This document shows, piece after piece, positions 17,063 through 26,111 of a stretch of 64,000 nt of DNA. The DNA comes from Candidatus Levyibacteriota bacterium. Lineage in GTDB: Bacteria > Patescibacteriota > Microgenomatia > Levybacterales > UBA12049. Position numbers and translations under genes: made by a program. The notes beneath the pieces were generated by a model. It had not been told where the DNA came from. It searched no databases and saw nothing but the letters and a program-made list of their open reading frames with translations. How positions within the stretch are numbered: position 1 is the first letter of the stretch; every line of letters starts with the position of its first letter. The stretch is taken from contig JAUSEW010000027.1 in the NCBI GenBank assembly GCA_030651475.1, positions 109,614-173,613 of the forward strand, written 5' to 3'.

Positions 17063-18871
17063 ATGCAAGCAGTAATTTTGGCAGCAGGACAATCCAGCAG
17101 AATGTATCCGTTCGAAAACGAAATTCATAAATCCATGATTAGAATCATGGGAAAACCAATTCTTTATTACACAATAGAGGCACTTAAAAGATCAAAGATT
17201 TTTGATTTGATAATTGTTACAAGTGGAAAAAGTAAAACGGAGCAGTATTTTGGAGACGGAAAGAAATTGGGAGTATCGATTCAATACGTTTTTCAGGAAA
17301 AACCTGAAGGAGCAGGAGATGCTTTACTTCTTGCCGGTAAATATATAACCGGTGATTTTTTTCTTCTTAATGCATCTCACGTTGAAATTGATACGCTTAC
17401 GGAAGATTTGTTAAACGCGAAAGATAAAGATACCCAAGCAGTTCTTCTTGCAAGGAAAAAAACAACTGGCGTTATTCAGGGAGTTCTCAAATTTAAAGGC
17501 AGAAAAGTAGAGGAGATAGTTGAAAAACCAAAAATTGGAGAAGAGCCATCAAGTATGTGTGTTGTCGGCGTATATCTTTTCGAGAAAGAGTTTTTAAAAG
17601 CTCTTAATAATACGCCAAAAGAACATTATCAGCTTGAAAAGGCAATTTCCTCTTACGCCAAAAATAATTCCGTTGTGTTTTTGAAAACGTCAAAGGAAAC
17701 GGTTACGTTGAGATATCCATGGGATCTTTTGGGGATAAAAAATTACCTGTTTAAAAGCCTAAGAAGATCCATAAGCGTAAAATCAAAGATTGCAAAAACA
17801 GCAGAAATTATCGGAGAAGTTATGATTCAGGATAACGTAATTATAATGGAAGGAGTCCGCATAAAGGGACCGTGTTTTATCGGAAAAGGTACGGTAGTTG
17901 GAAATAATGCTTTGTTACGGAATGGAGTTAATATTGGAGAAAATTGTTTGGTAGGCAGTTTTATGGAAGTAAAAAACACTATTATTATGGATGAGTCAAC
18001 AACTCATTCGGGTTTTATTGGCGACTCGGTTATCGGTGAGAAGTGTAAGATAGCAGCGCAGTTTTGTACAGGAAACGTGAGGCTTGATAGAGGCATAATA
18101 AAAACTGTTGTTAAGGGAGAAAGCATAGAGACAGGAGTTAAGTTCCTTGGAGTATTTGTTGGAGCGGGATCAAATATCGGAATTAAAGTTTCCGCAATGC
18201 CCGGAATTATCATTGGAAGAAATGCAACCATTGGTCCTTCAACCGTAGTAATGAAGAATGTCCCAAGCGATACTAAATATTATACAAAATTTCAGGAAAT
18301 TATAAGCAAGAAAAATGTCCTTCAGCAAGTCTTCGACTCCGAGGTCTTCGACCGTGAGGCTCAGACCGAATCGGCTCAGACTCGAGGAGCTCAGGATTTT
18401 CAGAAATCAATAGTTCTTTTCGATATTGACTACACGCTTTTCGATACTCGCAAATTTAAGGATTCACAGCTTCAAGATTATAATATTTATGAAGAAGTTA
18501 TGGGGATATTAATGCAGCTTTCGGGTTTAGTCAATTTAGGAATTTTTTCTAAAGGAGAAACTGATTTTCAAAAAACCAAACTGGAAAAAACAGGAATGAT
18601 GCAGTTTTTTAAAGAAAATAATGTTCATATCTTTAACGACAAAGACGCCAATTTGATAAATGTTTTAGAAAAATACAAAGATTCTAAGCTGTTTCTTGTT
18701 GATGATAAATTGGGCATATTGTATTCTGCCAAAAAACATATGCCACAAGTTTTTACCATTTGGGTCAAAAGAGGTCCATTTGCCAAAGCTCAAAAGCCAA
18801 TTGAAGGATTTTCGCCCGATGAGCAAGTTGAAAATCTCTCAGAAATTGTTAGAATAGTAAGGTCAAATTAG
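17063..18871 (+). CDS. GlmU-like sugar-1-phosphate nucleotidyltransferase with a left-handed beta-helix, fused to a C-terminal HAD-superfamily hydrolase/phosphomutase-like domain
   Basis: N-terminus MQAVILAAGQSSRMYP is a nucleotidyltransferase motif. Hexapeptide repeats sit in the middle (IGEKCKIAAQF..VGAGSNIG). The C-terminal HAD motifs are DIDYTLFD (DxDxT) and LVDDK. Confidence 0.7.
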   Translation: MQAVILAAGQSSRMYPFENEIHKSMIRIMGKPILYYTIEALKRSKIFDLIIVTSGKSKTEQYFGDGKKLGVSIQYVFQEKPEGAGDALLLAGKYITGDFFLLNASHVEIDTLTEDLLNAKDKDTQAVLLARKKTTGVIQGVLKFKGRKVEEIVEKPKIGEEPSSMCVVGVYLFEKEFLKALNNTPKEHYQLEKAISSYAKNNSVVFLKTSKETVTLRYPWDLLGIKNYLFKSLRRSISVKSKIAKTAEIIGEVMIQDNVIIMEGVRIKGPCFIGKGTVVGNNALLRNGVNIGENCLVGSFMEVKNTIIMDESTTHSGFIGDSVIGEKCKIAAQFCTGNVRLDRGIIKTVVKGESIETGVKFLGVFVGAGSNIGIKVSAMPGIIIGRNATIGPSTVVMKNVPSDTKYYTKFQEIISKKNVLQQVFDSEVFDREAQTESAQTRGAQDFQKSIVLFDIDYTLFDTRKFKDSQLQDYNIYEEVMGILMQLSGLVNLGIFSKGETDFQKTKLEKTGMMQFFKENNVHIFNDKDANLINVLEKYKDSKLFLVDDKLGILYSAKKHMPQVFTIWVKRGPFAKAQKPIEGFSPDEQVENLSEIVRIVRSN

Positions 18872-18876
18872 AAATT

Positions 18877-20640
18877 ATGTGTGGAATATTTGGATACGTT
18901 GGGAATAAAAATGACGCTGCAGATATTGTCCTTGAGGGATTAAAGCTGTTGGAATACAGAGGTTATGACTCATGGGGAGTGGCGGTAAAAGTTCGGAAAA
19001 AGCTTTCGGTAGATAAGCATATAGGCAAAATAGGAGATGCGCAAGTAAACCTTCCTCAAAGCGTTTTGGGAATTGGACACACAAGGTGGGCAACTCATGG
19101 CGGAGTAACTGCTGCTAATGCCCATCCCCATATGGATTGCACGAAAACAATAGCAGTTGTCCATAATGGAATTGTTGAAAATTTTCAGGAATTAAAAACA
19201 GAACTTATTGAAAAAGGTCATAAATTTATTTCGGAAACAGATACAGAAATTATCCCTCATTTGATAGAAGAAAATCTGAAAAAAGAAGGTTTTGCTTCGT
19301 CTGTCAGAGATGCCTTCAATAGCCTTAAGGGTCTAAATGCAGTAGTTGTAGCGTATGCTCCATCTAGAGAAATAGTTGCGGCAAAAACAGGATCGCCTTT
19401 GGTTGTAGGTATTGGCAAAAATGAATTATTTGTTGCATCGGATGCATCAGCAATAGTTAAACATACAAAAAAAGTTATTTTTCTTGAAGATAATCAAATG
19501 GTTATTTTGGGAAAAAGATTAAAGCTAATAAATCTACCTGGAGGTAAAGAAATAAAACCAACAATAAATAAAATTAACTGGAAATTTGAGCATGGAGAAA
19601 AAGGGAAATTTAAACACTTTTTACTTAAAGAAATTAATGATCAGCGCACCACAATTATAGACGCTGTTACGCAGAACGAAAAAAAATTGTTCGAGTTTGC
19701 AAACCTTATTAGGAATTCGTTTGATACCTATATCTCTGGTTGTGGGACAGCGGGGCATGCTTGTAGAATGGCAACGTATATATTCTCAACTATTGCAAAA
19801 AAACATATAAATTTCGCTATTGGATCAGAATTTTCATATTATGAAGATTTTTTAACAGATAAGTCATTATTAATTGTCGCATCGCAAAGCGGAGAGACAA
19901 TAGATCTGGTAGAGGCAGTAAGCGCTGCAAGACGGCACAAAAGTAAAGTAACGGCATTGGTAAATGTGATTGGTTCAACGTTATATAGGCAATGTGATCT
20001 TGTACTTCCCTTGCGAGCCGGAGTTGAGAGATGTGTATTGTCTACAAAATCCTTTACCAGTAAGCTTGCAATTTTCTATCTTTTGGCGTTCATATTAAAA
20101 GGTGAATATAGCGAGGGTAGAAAAAAAATAATAAAAACAGCACGAGCCGTAGGAGAGCTTTTGGATGACAAAGAATTTAATCAGCAATTAAAGAATGTTG
20201 CAGATGAAATCTATAAAACAAAAGATATATATATTCTTGGTCGTGGTTTTAGCTTTCCTTTGGCATTGGAAGCTGCGCATAAAATTAAAGAAGCAAGTTA
20301 TATACATGCGGAAGGATTTGCTGGGGGTGAGCCAAAACATTGCGAAATCTCTCTTGTTTCAGAAGGTACTCCAACAATTGTTTTTGTACCAAATGATGAA
20401 ACTAAATCAGCAATAATTAGCAATGCAACAGAATTTAAGGCACGAGGTGCATATATTATTGGCATTGGGCCTGAGAAGCAAGCGGTTTTCGACGAATGGA
20501 TTCAAGTTCCCGATCTGGGAGTGACATCATCTATTATTAATATAATTCCCGCTCAACTATTAGCTTACTATTTAGCTTTAAAGAAGGGTAACGATCCAGA
20601 CAAGCCAAGGAATTTAGCCAAAAGTGTTACTGTGAAATAA
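18877..20640 (+). CDS. glmS: Glutamine--fructose-6-phosphate aminotransferase GlmS
   Basis: MCGIFGYVG gives the N-terminal nucleophile Cys. Two SIS domains follow. Confidence 0.9.
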   Translation: MCGIFGYVGNKNDAADIVLEGLKLLEYRGYDSWGVAVKVRKKLSVDKHIGKIGDAQVNLPQSVLGIGHTRWATHGGVTAANAHPHMDCTKTIAVVHNGIVENFQELKTELIEKGHKFISETDTEIIPHLIEENLKKEGFASSVRDAFNSLKGLNAVVVAYAPSREIVAAKTGSPLVVGIGKNELFVASDASAIVKHTKKVIFLEDNQMVILGKRLKLINLPGGKEIKPTINKINWKFEHGEKGKFKHFLLKEINDQRTTIIDAVTQNEKKLFEFANLIRNSFDTYISGCGTAGHACRMATYIFSTIAKKHINFAIGSEFSYYEDFLTDKSLLIVASQSGETIDLVEAVSAARRHKSKVTALVNVIGSTLYRQCDLVLPLRAGVERCVLSTKSFTSKLAIFYLLAFILKGEYSEGRKKIIKTARAVGELLDDKEFNQQLKNVADEIYKTKDIYILGRGFSFPLALEAAHKIKEASYIHAEGFAGGEPKHCEISLVSEGTPTIVFVPNDETKSAIISNATEFKARGAYIIGIGPEKQAVFDEWIQVPDLGVTSSIINIIPAQLLAYYLALKKGNDPDKPRNLAKSVTVK

Positions 20641-23600
20641 TACCCTTATCGATTAGCTGATATACAATCGTTTTACATTCATCATCCGTGAGAGCATACT
20701 TGTCCAATACAGTTATTCTCCCTTTATTATTTGATACCCTTTTTGCATGGCTCAAGATATTTATAAGTTGAGGAATAGTTAATTTTAGTCGGGTTAAATT
20801 TAAATCAATTCCCGCTTCGTTAATAGTATGTGCTATATGTGTGGTGTCTTTTTGCTGTAAATGTGTCATAATCAATGTGCCCAATGCCATCACTTCTCCA
20901 TGACGAACCTTATCTGGAAATAATTCTAAAGCAGCCGTGCTAAAAATTTTCTCGGAACCACTCGCTGGATGAGAACCGATACCTCTTACGAGAGTACAGT
21001 ATGAAAGCCATGTAAGAGACTTTGCTAATTCTTCTATAGATTGAGTATAAATAAAATTATCCGTAGCGCTTATCGATTTTAAAAGCGATAACGCTCTAGC
21101 TTCAATGGCGCTGCTGTATCTTGTTTGACCATTCAGACTTGCTGTTTTCCAGTCTTCCAAAGCAGAGGCAACAGCTATTATATCTCCATATCCCAATCTA
21201 TTCAAATCTTGATCCTGTTTAGATAGGAATGTCGTATCTATCATAACAAAATCTGGTAAACGTCCAGTAATAGTAGCATCTACCCCAACTGTTTTTAGAA
21301 CTCCTAATGGATGTATGTAGGGAGAGGAGAAGGTGTTGGTTGATAATATTGTAGGAATCAATACCATTAGGCAATTTTTATTATATGCGGCGTATTTTGT
21401 TAAGTCCATCACGGTTCCACTGCCCAAACCGACTATAATCTTCTCATCGTTTGTCAGTACTTTTTCCAAATCTTCTTTTTTGGGTTCATGAGCAATAAAT
21501 ATACACTTTTCCTTTATTGCTTGAGCAATATTGGGATAATTTTCCTCAACTTTTCTGAAAGCATCTTGGTCTGTTACTACTCTAAATTCAACGCCATCAA
21601 CTAATATTTTTTCTAAAACTCTTTGTATCCCATTTTCACTAATCGCAATATTGCTAGATATTCTATCTGCAAAATGTTCCCACGAAAATAAATCATCGAC
21701 TCTATGATTATGTTGAATATCTAATTCTAGACAAACTGTTTCGATAAATTCTATTTCATCCTCAATAGTCTTAGTTAATTCTTCGAGCTTGGGTAATGTT
21801 TCTCTCATTGCGTCTCGAGTTGTCTCTAAAATGTTTTCACCTTGACCATATAAAGATAGATGATTTTGAATAAATGTAAATAAAATTTTGTTTATTTTCT
21901 TTAAAGACGCATCGTAAGTTGCTTGTAGATGATATTTTCCTTCACGTACAATAATTGTAGGTTTTGTTTTCAATAGACTTGTCATTTTGTGTATAATTTC
22001 AGGCATTTTAGTTAAGTGAAGATATGCCATATTACTGTCAAAATCTTCAAGTTTTTTGTTTTCTTTATATGCAATATTTAGGGCGTCTGCTAATTTTCCT
22101 ACTTTTGGATCTGCAAATTGATAGTCTTGAGGATCTGTAGTGCAATTAAAATAAGGAGGAAGTAGCCCCTTTTGTTGTAAGCGGTATTTGTCTGTGGTCC
22201 CTGGGAATATATCTAATTTTTGTACCATTACTGAAAAATTGTATAATTCATCTGAGTCTTTAAGGAATTGAAAATTTTGAGATGCGTCCTCGACGGTCAT
22301 AAGTGGATGCCAAGCGATAAAGCCAAGTTGCAAGGATACCCCTTCTTCTCTAGCTCTTTGAACGAATTTTTTGTAATTGTCTGCCTGAGAAAATTTATTC
22401 ATAGTGTTAAGCATTCCTTGACTGGCAGATTCAAATCCAACAAAAGCCATTATCATCCCGTTTTGGTGTAGCTTTCTAAACAATCTGTCTCCCTCTTCGT
22501 TTAGCGGAATACTGTCAGGCCGAAGAAGAGGGCGAAATTGCATATTCAGGTCTCTTTGTTCAAGCTCATCACAGAAAGCACTTATTCTTTCTAATCCATC
22601 TCTGCCTGGTTTGATAAAAATATCATCATTAAAGTAGACTGTTTCTACTCCGTATTTTTTTAAATATTCCATTTCGTCAACAATTTGACGAACATGACGA
22701 GGATTGTAACGCCGATCATATAATTTTACGCTTGTGCAAAATGAGCAGTTACCGATACATCCTTCGCTCGTACTCATTCTAGCGGTTTTAGGGCTTTTTA
22801 CTAGAACATTTTTGGGGTATGTATCGTTAAGCTGGACGTGTTGGATTTGAGGAAACTTAGATAGGGGTATTGCGCGCCATGCATTTACAATTTTGTTTGG
22901 CTTTAAACCATTGTGCGTCACTATGTCAGGAATATCATTTAGGGATTTGCCTCTACGTAAAGCATCTATCAGGAGTGGAAACGATAAATCCCCTTTTCCA
23001 ACGATTACGGCATCAACATTCTTAAAATCTGGTTGTTCAAATATCCTCTCATCTTGAACTGCTAATGATATATGATGACCTCCCATAACCACAAACGTAT
23101 CGGGATTTATATCCTTGCTTGCTTGGGCTACTTTCAGTCCATCTCTAACGGTCATTGCAGTTGCGTTTATGCCAACCACACGTGTTTTGGAGGAGGCAAT
23201 GTGTTCGGCTATATCTTCAAGACTTAAGTTTTTCTGTTCGGCATTCAATATGGTTGTTCCGTAGCCTGCTTGACTTAAGGCTACATAAAGTTCTTCAAAG
23301 CCAAGATACTCTTTTCCTGCTTGAGATAGTACGCTTGCTCTTTTTTCAAAAGTTCTTGGGAAAACGAGAGCAACAGGATACTCTGCTTTTGGCGTTGCAT
23401 CATCGGGTTTTCTGTTTACGTATTCCATCACGGAATTATAAGGATCAAATAGTTGCCATTCTTCTGTAATACCTGAATAAACACGTAGAATGTCTTTTGT
23501 TCTACGCCATGTAGGAAAGGTCGCGTCTAAATGAGCAACATACCTCCTACACAAAAGTTCCCTAGTGGAGCGTTGGGCAATGGCTGTAGGAAGTTTTGCC

Positions 23601-23800
23601 TGTAAGCTTTGTACCAGTACGTCAAAATCTATTTCCTTGACCCTTTTTGTATTAGTTGTTAAGTTTTCTAAAATTTTCGATACATAACTATCGGGACACA
23701 ATAAACGTAGATTGCCATAAGGAAATTCAATATTATGCTTGGATAAAGCTTCTTTAGGGTAAAAAGTTTCATGTTCACCCTTTTCTTTTCCTACTGCCAT
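20627..23800 (-). CDS. Fusion protein: N-terminal extension, cobalamin-binding-domain radical SAM enzyme (class B type), and a C-terminal DHQS / glycerol(-1-phosphate) dehydrogenase / Fe-ADH-superfamily domain
   Basis: B12-binding-like VVGINATAMTVRDGL...VVMGGHH. Radical-SAM cluster CIGNCSFC (CxxxCxxC). C-terminal IIVGLGSGTVMDLTKYAA (GGGSxxDxxK-type), LIPTILSTNTFSSP and RHGEVMALG are typical of the DHQS/GlyDH/G1PDH fold. Single uninterrupted 1057-aa ORF. Confidence 0.7.
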   Translation of the reverse strand: MAVGKEKGEHETFYPKEALSKHNIEFPYGNLRLLCPDSYVSKILENLTTNTKRVKEIDFDVLVQSLQAKLPTAIAQRSTRELLCRRYVAHLDATFPTWRRTKDILRVYSGITEEWQLFDPYNSVMEYVNRKPDDATPKAEYPVALVFPRTFEKRASVLSQAGKEYLGFEELYVALSQAGYGTTILNAEQKNLSLEDIAEHIASSKTRVVGINATAMTVRDGLKVAQASKDINPDTFVVMGGHHISLAVQDERIFEQPDFKNVDAVIVGKGDLSFPLLIDALRRGKSLNDIPDIVTHNGLKPNKIVNAWRAIPLSKFPQIQHVQLNDTYPKNVLVKSPKTARMSTSEGCIGNCSFCTSVKLYDRRYNPRHVRQIVDEMEYLKKYGVETVYFNDDIFIKPGRDGLERISAFCDELEQRDLNMQFRPLLRPDSIPLNEEGDRLFRKLHQNGMIMAFVGFESASQGMLNTMNKFSQADNYKKFVQRAREEGVSLQLGFIAWHPLMTVEDASQNFQFLKDSDELYNFSVMVQKLDIFPGTTDKYRLQQKGLLPPYFNCTTDPQDYQFADPKVGKLADALNIAYKENKKLEDFDSNMAYLHLTKMPEIIHKMTSLLKTKPTIIVREGKYHLQATYDASLKKINKILFTFIQNHLSLYGQGENILETTRDAMRETLPKLEELTKTIEDEIEFIETVCLELDIQHNHRVDDLFSWEHFADRISSNIAISENGIQRVLEKILVDGVEFRVVTDQDAFRKVEENYPNIAQAIKEKCIFIAHEPKKEDLEKVLTNDEKIIVGLGSGTVMDLTKYAAYNKNCLMVLIPTILSTNTFSSPYIHPLGVLKTVGVDATITGRLPDFVMIDTTFLSKQDQDLNRLGYGDIIAVASALEDWKTASLNGQTRYSSAIEARALSLLKSISATDNFIYTQSIEELAKSLTWLSYCTLVRGIGSHPASGSEKIFSTAALELFPDKVRHGEVMALGTLIMTHLQQKDTTHIAHTINEAGIDLNLTRLKLTIPQLINILSHAKRVSNNKGRITVLDKYALTDDECKTIVYQLIDKGIISQ

Positions 23801-23866
23801 ATATTGATTCTTTTATCTTTTAAGGCTAGTATTCTATACGCGTATCATACAGCTTTGTGATTTAAT

Positions 23867-23882
23867 GTCAAGAATTCTTGAC
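23867..23882. promoter_or_regulatory. Perfect 16-bp palindrome GTCAAGAATTCTTGAC in the divergent intergenic region
   Basis: Seen directly. It lies between the radical-SAM fusion gene (minus strand) and mraY (plus strand). Confidence 0.4.
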
Positions 23883-23966
23883 GAATCTTATATTTAGCTC
23901 AAAAGTTTTTATTCCATATCATTTGAAAACTCGCAAAATCCGTGACGGTGAAGTAGCCTCTTTTAT

Positions 23967-23995
23967 TTGTATATCGCTTCGTAGGATAGTATAAT
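23967..23995 (+). promoter_or_regulatory. Putative mraY promoter: TTGTAT, 17-nt spacer, TATAAT, ending 8 nt before the start codon (near-leaderless)
   Basis: TTGTAT at 23967-23972 and TATAAT at 23990-23995. ATG at 24004. Confidence 0.45.
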
Positions 23996-24003
23996 AGATA
24001 GTC

Positions 24004-25014
24004 ATGGCGCAACTTTTGGGCTTAACGCTTCTTTCTTTTTTCATAACAGGTATTCTGCTTATTCCTTTTATAGATTTTCTATACAAAATAAAACTTCGCC
24101 GTCAGAAGCAAAAAACTAAAGATCTTTTTAATAAGTCCACTCCGATTTTTGACAAATTCAATAATTGGAAAGTGGGAACTCCGTTTGGGGGAGGAATACT
24201 AATCATAGCTGTGGCATCAATGCTTACGCTATGGGCATACGGGATATTGAAAATAAGCGTAAAGCCGTGGGAAGTTTTCGTAATTCTGTTTACATTTGTT
24301 GGTTTTGGGCTTTTGGGACTTTTAGATGATGCGAAAAAGTTAAATCCGGGGAAAGAATTTTTCTTTTTTGGGCTTAGGTTCAGGCATAAGTTTATACTGC
24401 AGTGGGTTTTGGCTTTTATCGTGGCGGCAGTTTTATATAGACAGCTTGGTTATACTTTTATTTTCATACGGGGAGTCGGCTTAACAAGTATGGGATTTTT
24501 GTATATTCCTTTTGCCGCTTTTGTCATAGTTTCTTTCGCAAATGCCTTCAATATTGCAGACGGATTAGACGGATTGGCTACTGGTCTTTTCTTAATATCG
24601 CTTGTTGCTTTTCTGGCTATTTCTGCCAACCAATTGGATAATTCGCTTGGAGCTTTTATTGCAATACTTATGGGAAGCGTAGCGGCATTTTTGTACTTCA
24701 ATATATACAAAGCCAGAATATGGCTTGGGGACGTAGGATCTTTATCTTTGGGTGCGACTTTGGGAGTGATAGGTCTTCTTACAGGGAAAATCATAGCGGT
24801 TGCGTTTATCGGAGGAGTATTCATTATAGAAATAGGATCATCTCTTATCCAGATTCTTTCCAGAAAATTTTTTGGGAAAAAAGTTTTTCCGGTTGCGCCC
24901 CTCCATTTATATTTATTAAGAAAAGGATGGGATGAGCCAAAAATTGTAATGAGAGCTTGGCTTGCGGGATTTTTCTTTGCAATCTTAGGACTTTATATAG
25001 CCTTCATAAAATGA
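24004..25014 (+). CDS. mraY: Phospho-N-acetylmuramoyl-pentapeptide transferase MraY
   Basis: NAFNIADGLDGLATG and a polytopic membrane topology. Confidence 0.9.
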   Translation: MAQLLGLTLLSFFITGILLIPFIDFLYKIKLRRQKQKTKDLFNKSTPIFDKFNNWKVGTPFGGGILIIAVASMLTLWAYGILKISVKPWEVFVILFTFVGFGLLGLLDDAKKLNPGKEFFFFGLRFRHKFILQWVLAFIVAAVLYRQLGYTFIFIRGVGLTSMGFLYIPFAAFVIVSFANAFNIADGLDGLATGLFLISLVAFLAISANQLDNSLGAFIAILMGSVAAFLYFNIYKARIWLGDVGSLSLGATLGVIGLLTGKIIAVAFIGGVFIIEIGSSLIQILSRKFFGKKVFPVAPLHLYLLRKGWDEPKIVMRAWLAGFFFAILGLYIAFIK

Positions 25015-25037
25015 TATTTATTTATCTTTCCTAATGT

Positions 25038-26111
25038 ATGAAAAGGATAGATGTTTTTCTTCTTGGAATAGTTTCAATATTAGTCTTATTTGGACTATTT
25101 ATGATTTACGATGCGTCCTCATATGTTGCATTTAGAGATTTTGGGGATAAATACCATTACATAAAAGACCAATTTTTTTGGGGAGCATTAGGGTTCTTGG
25201 GATTAATTTTCTTTACGCTTTTCGATTATCGTAAATTATATAACCTTGCTTTGCCTTTGCTGGTAATTTCAATAATTCTCCTTATTTTAGTTTTTATGCC
25301 TGGCATTGGAGTATATGTTTTGGGAGCGCATCGATGGATCAATCTAGGCATTTTCACCCTTCAGCCTGCAGAATTCGTTAAGCTTGCTCTGGCGATTTAT
25401 CTTGCGGCTTGGTTTTCCAATAAAGAAAAGGGCAGATTTACGGCATTTTTATTTCTTATTGGGTTAGTTTTAGTTCTTGTTGCTCTTCAGCCGGATATGG
25501 GTACTGGTATTGTAATACTAACAGAAGCTCTCGTTATTTATTTTTTGTCGGGCGGAAACATATTTTATTATGTAGTTTTAATTCCTGTATTAACAGCAAT
25601 AGGGTTTATATTTGCAAAAATTGAACCATACAGAGCAAGACGTCTTGAGACATTTTTAAGCCTGGATAAATCTCTTGATTCATCTTCTTATCACGTAAGA
25701 CAGATACTTATAGCTTTAGGGTCAGGAGGCATAATGGGAGTCGGGCTTGGCAATTCCTTGCAGAAATATGCATATCTTCCGGAAACAACTACAGATTCGA
25801 TATTCGCAATTATAGCAGAGGAGTTAGGGTTTTTTGGAGCAGGAATTGTTATTGTTATATTTGCTTTAGTCACTTGGAGAGGCATACATATTGCATTAAG
25901 GGCAAAGGATAATTTTGGCAAACTTTTGGCAGGCGGAATTACAACATTTTTGGCAATACAGGCAATTATAAATTTTGCGGCTCAAACAGCGCTTTTGCCT
26001 TTAACGGGAATTCCCCTTCCTTTTATCTCCTATGGAGGATCTGCTCTTATAGTTGATCTCTGCGCGGTTGGCATGCTTTTAAATATTTCTAAACAGGGGA
26101 GCAATACATGA
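25038..26111 (+). CDS. ftsW: SEDS-family peptidoglycan glycosyltransferase FtsW
   Basis: SEDS motifs LGSGGIMGVGLG and PETTTDSIFAIIAEELGF. It lies between mraY and murG. Confidence 0.85.
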   Translation: MKRIDVFLLGIVSILVLFGLFMIYDASSYVAFRDFGDKYHYIKDQFFWGALGFLGLIFFTLFDYRKLYNLALPLLVISIILLILVFMPGIGVYVLGAHRWINLGIFTLQPAEFVKLALAIYLAAWFSNKEKGRFTAFLFLIGLVLVLVALQPDMGTGIVILTEALVIYFLSGGNIFYYVVLIPVLTAIGFIFAKIEPYRARRLETFLSLDKSLDSSSYHVRQILIALGSGGIMGVGLGNSLQKYAYLPETTTDSIFAIIAEELGFFGAGIVIVIFALVTWRGIHIALRAKDNFGKLLAGGITTFLAIQAIINFAAQTALLPLTGIPLPFISYGGSALIVDLCAVGMLLNISKQGSNT

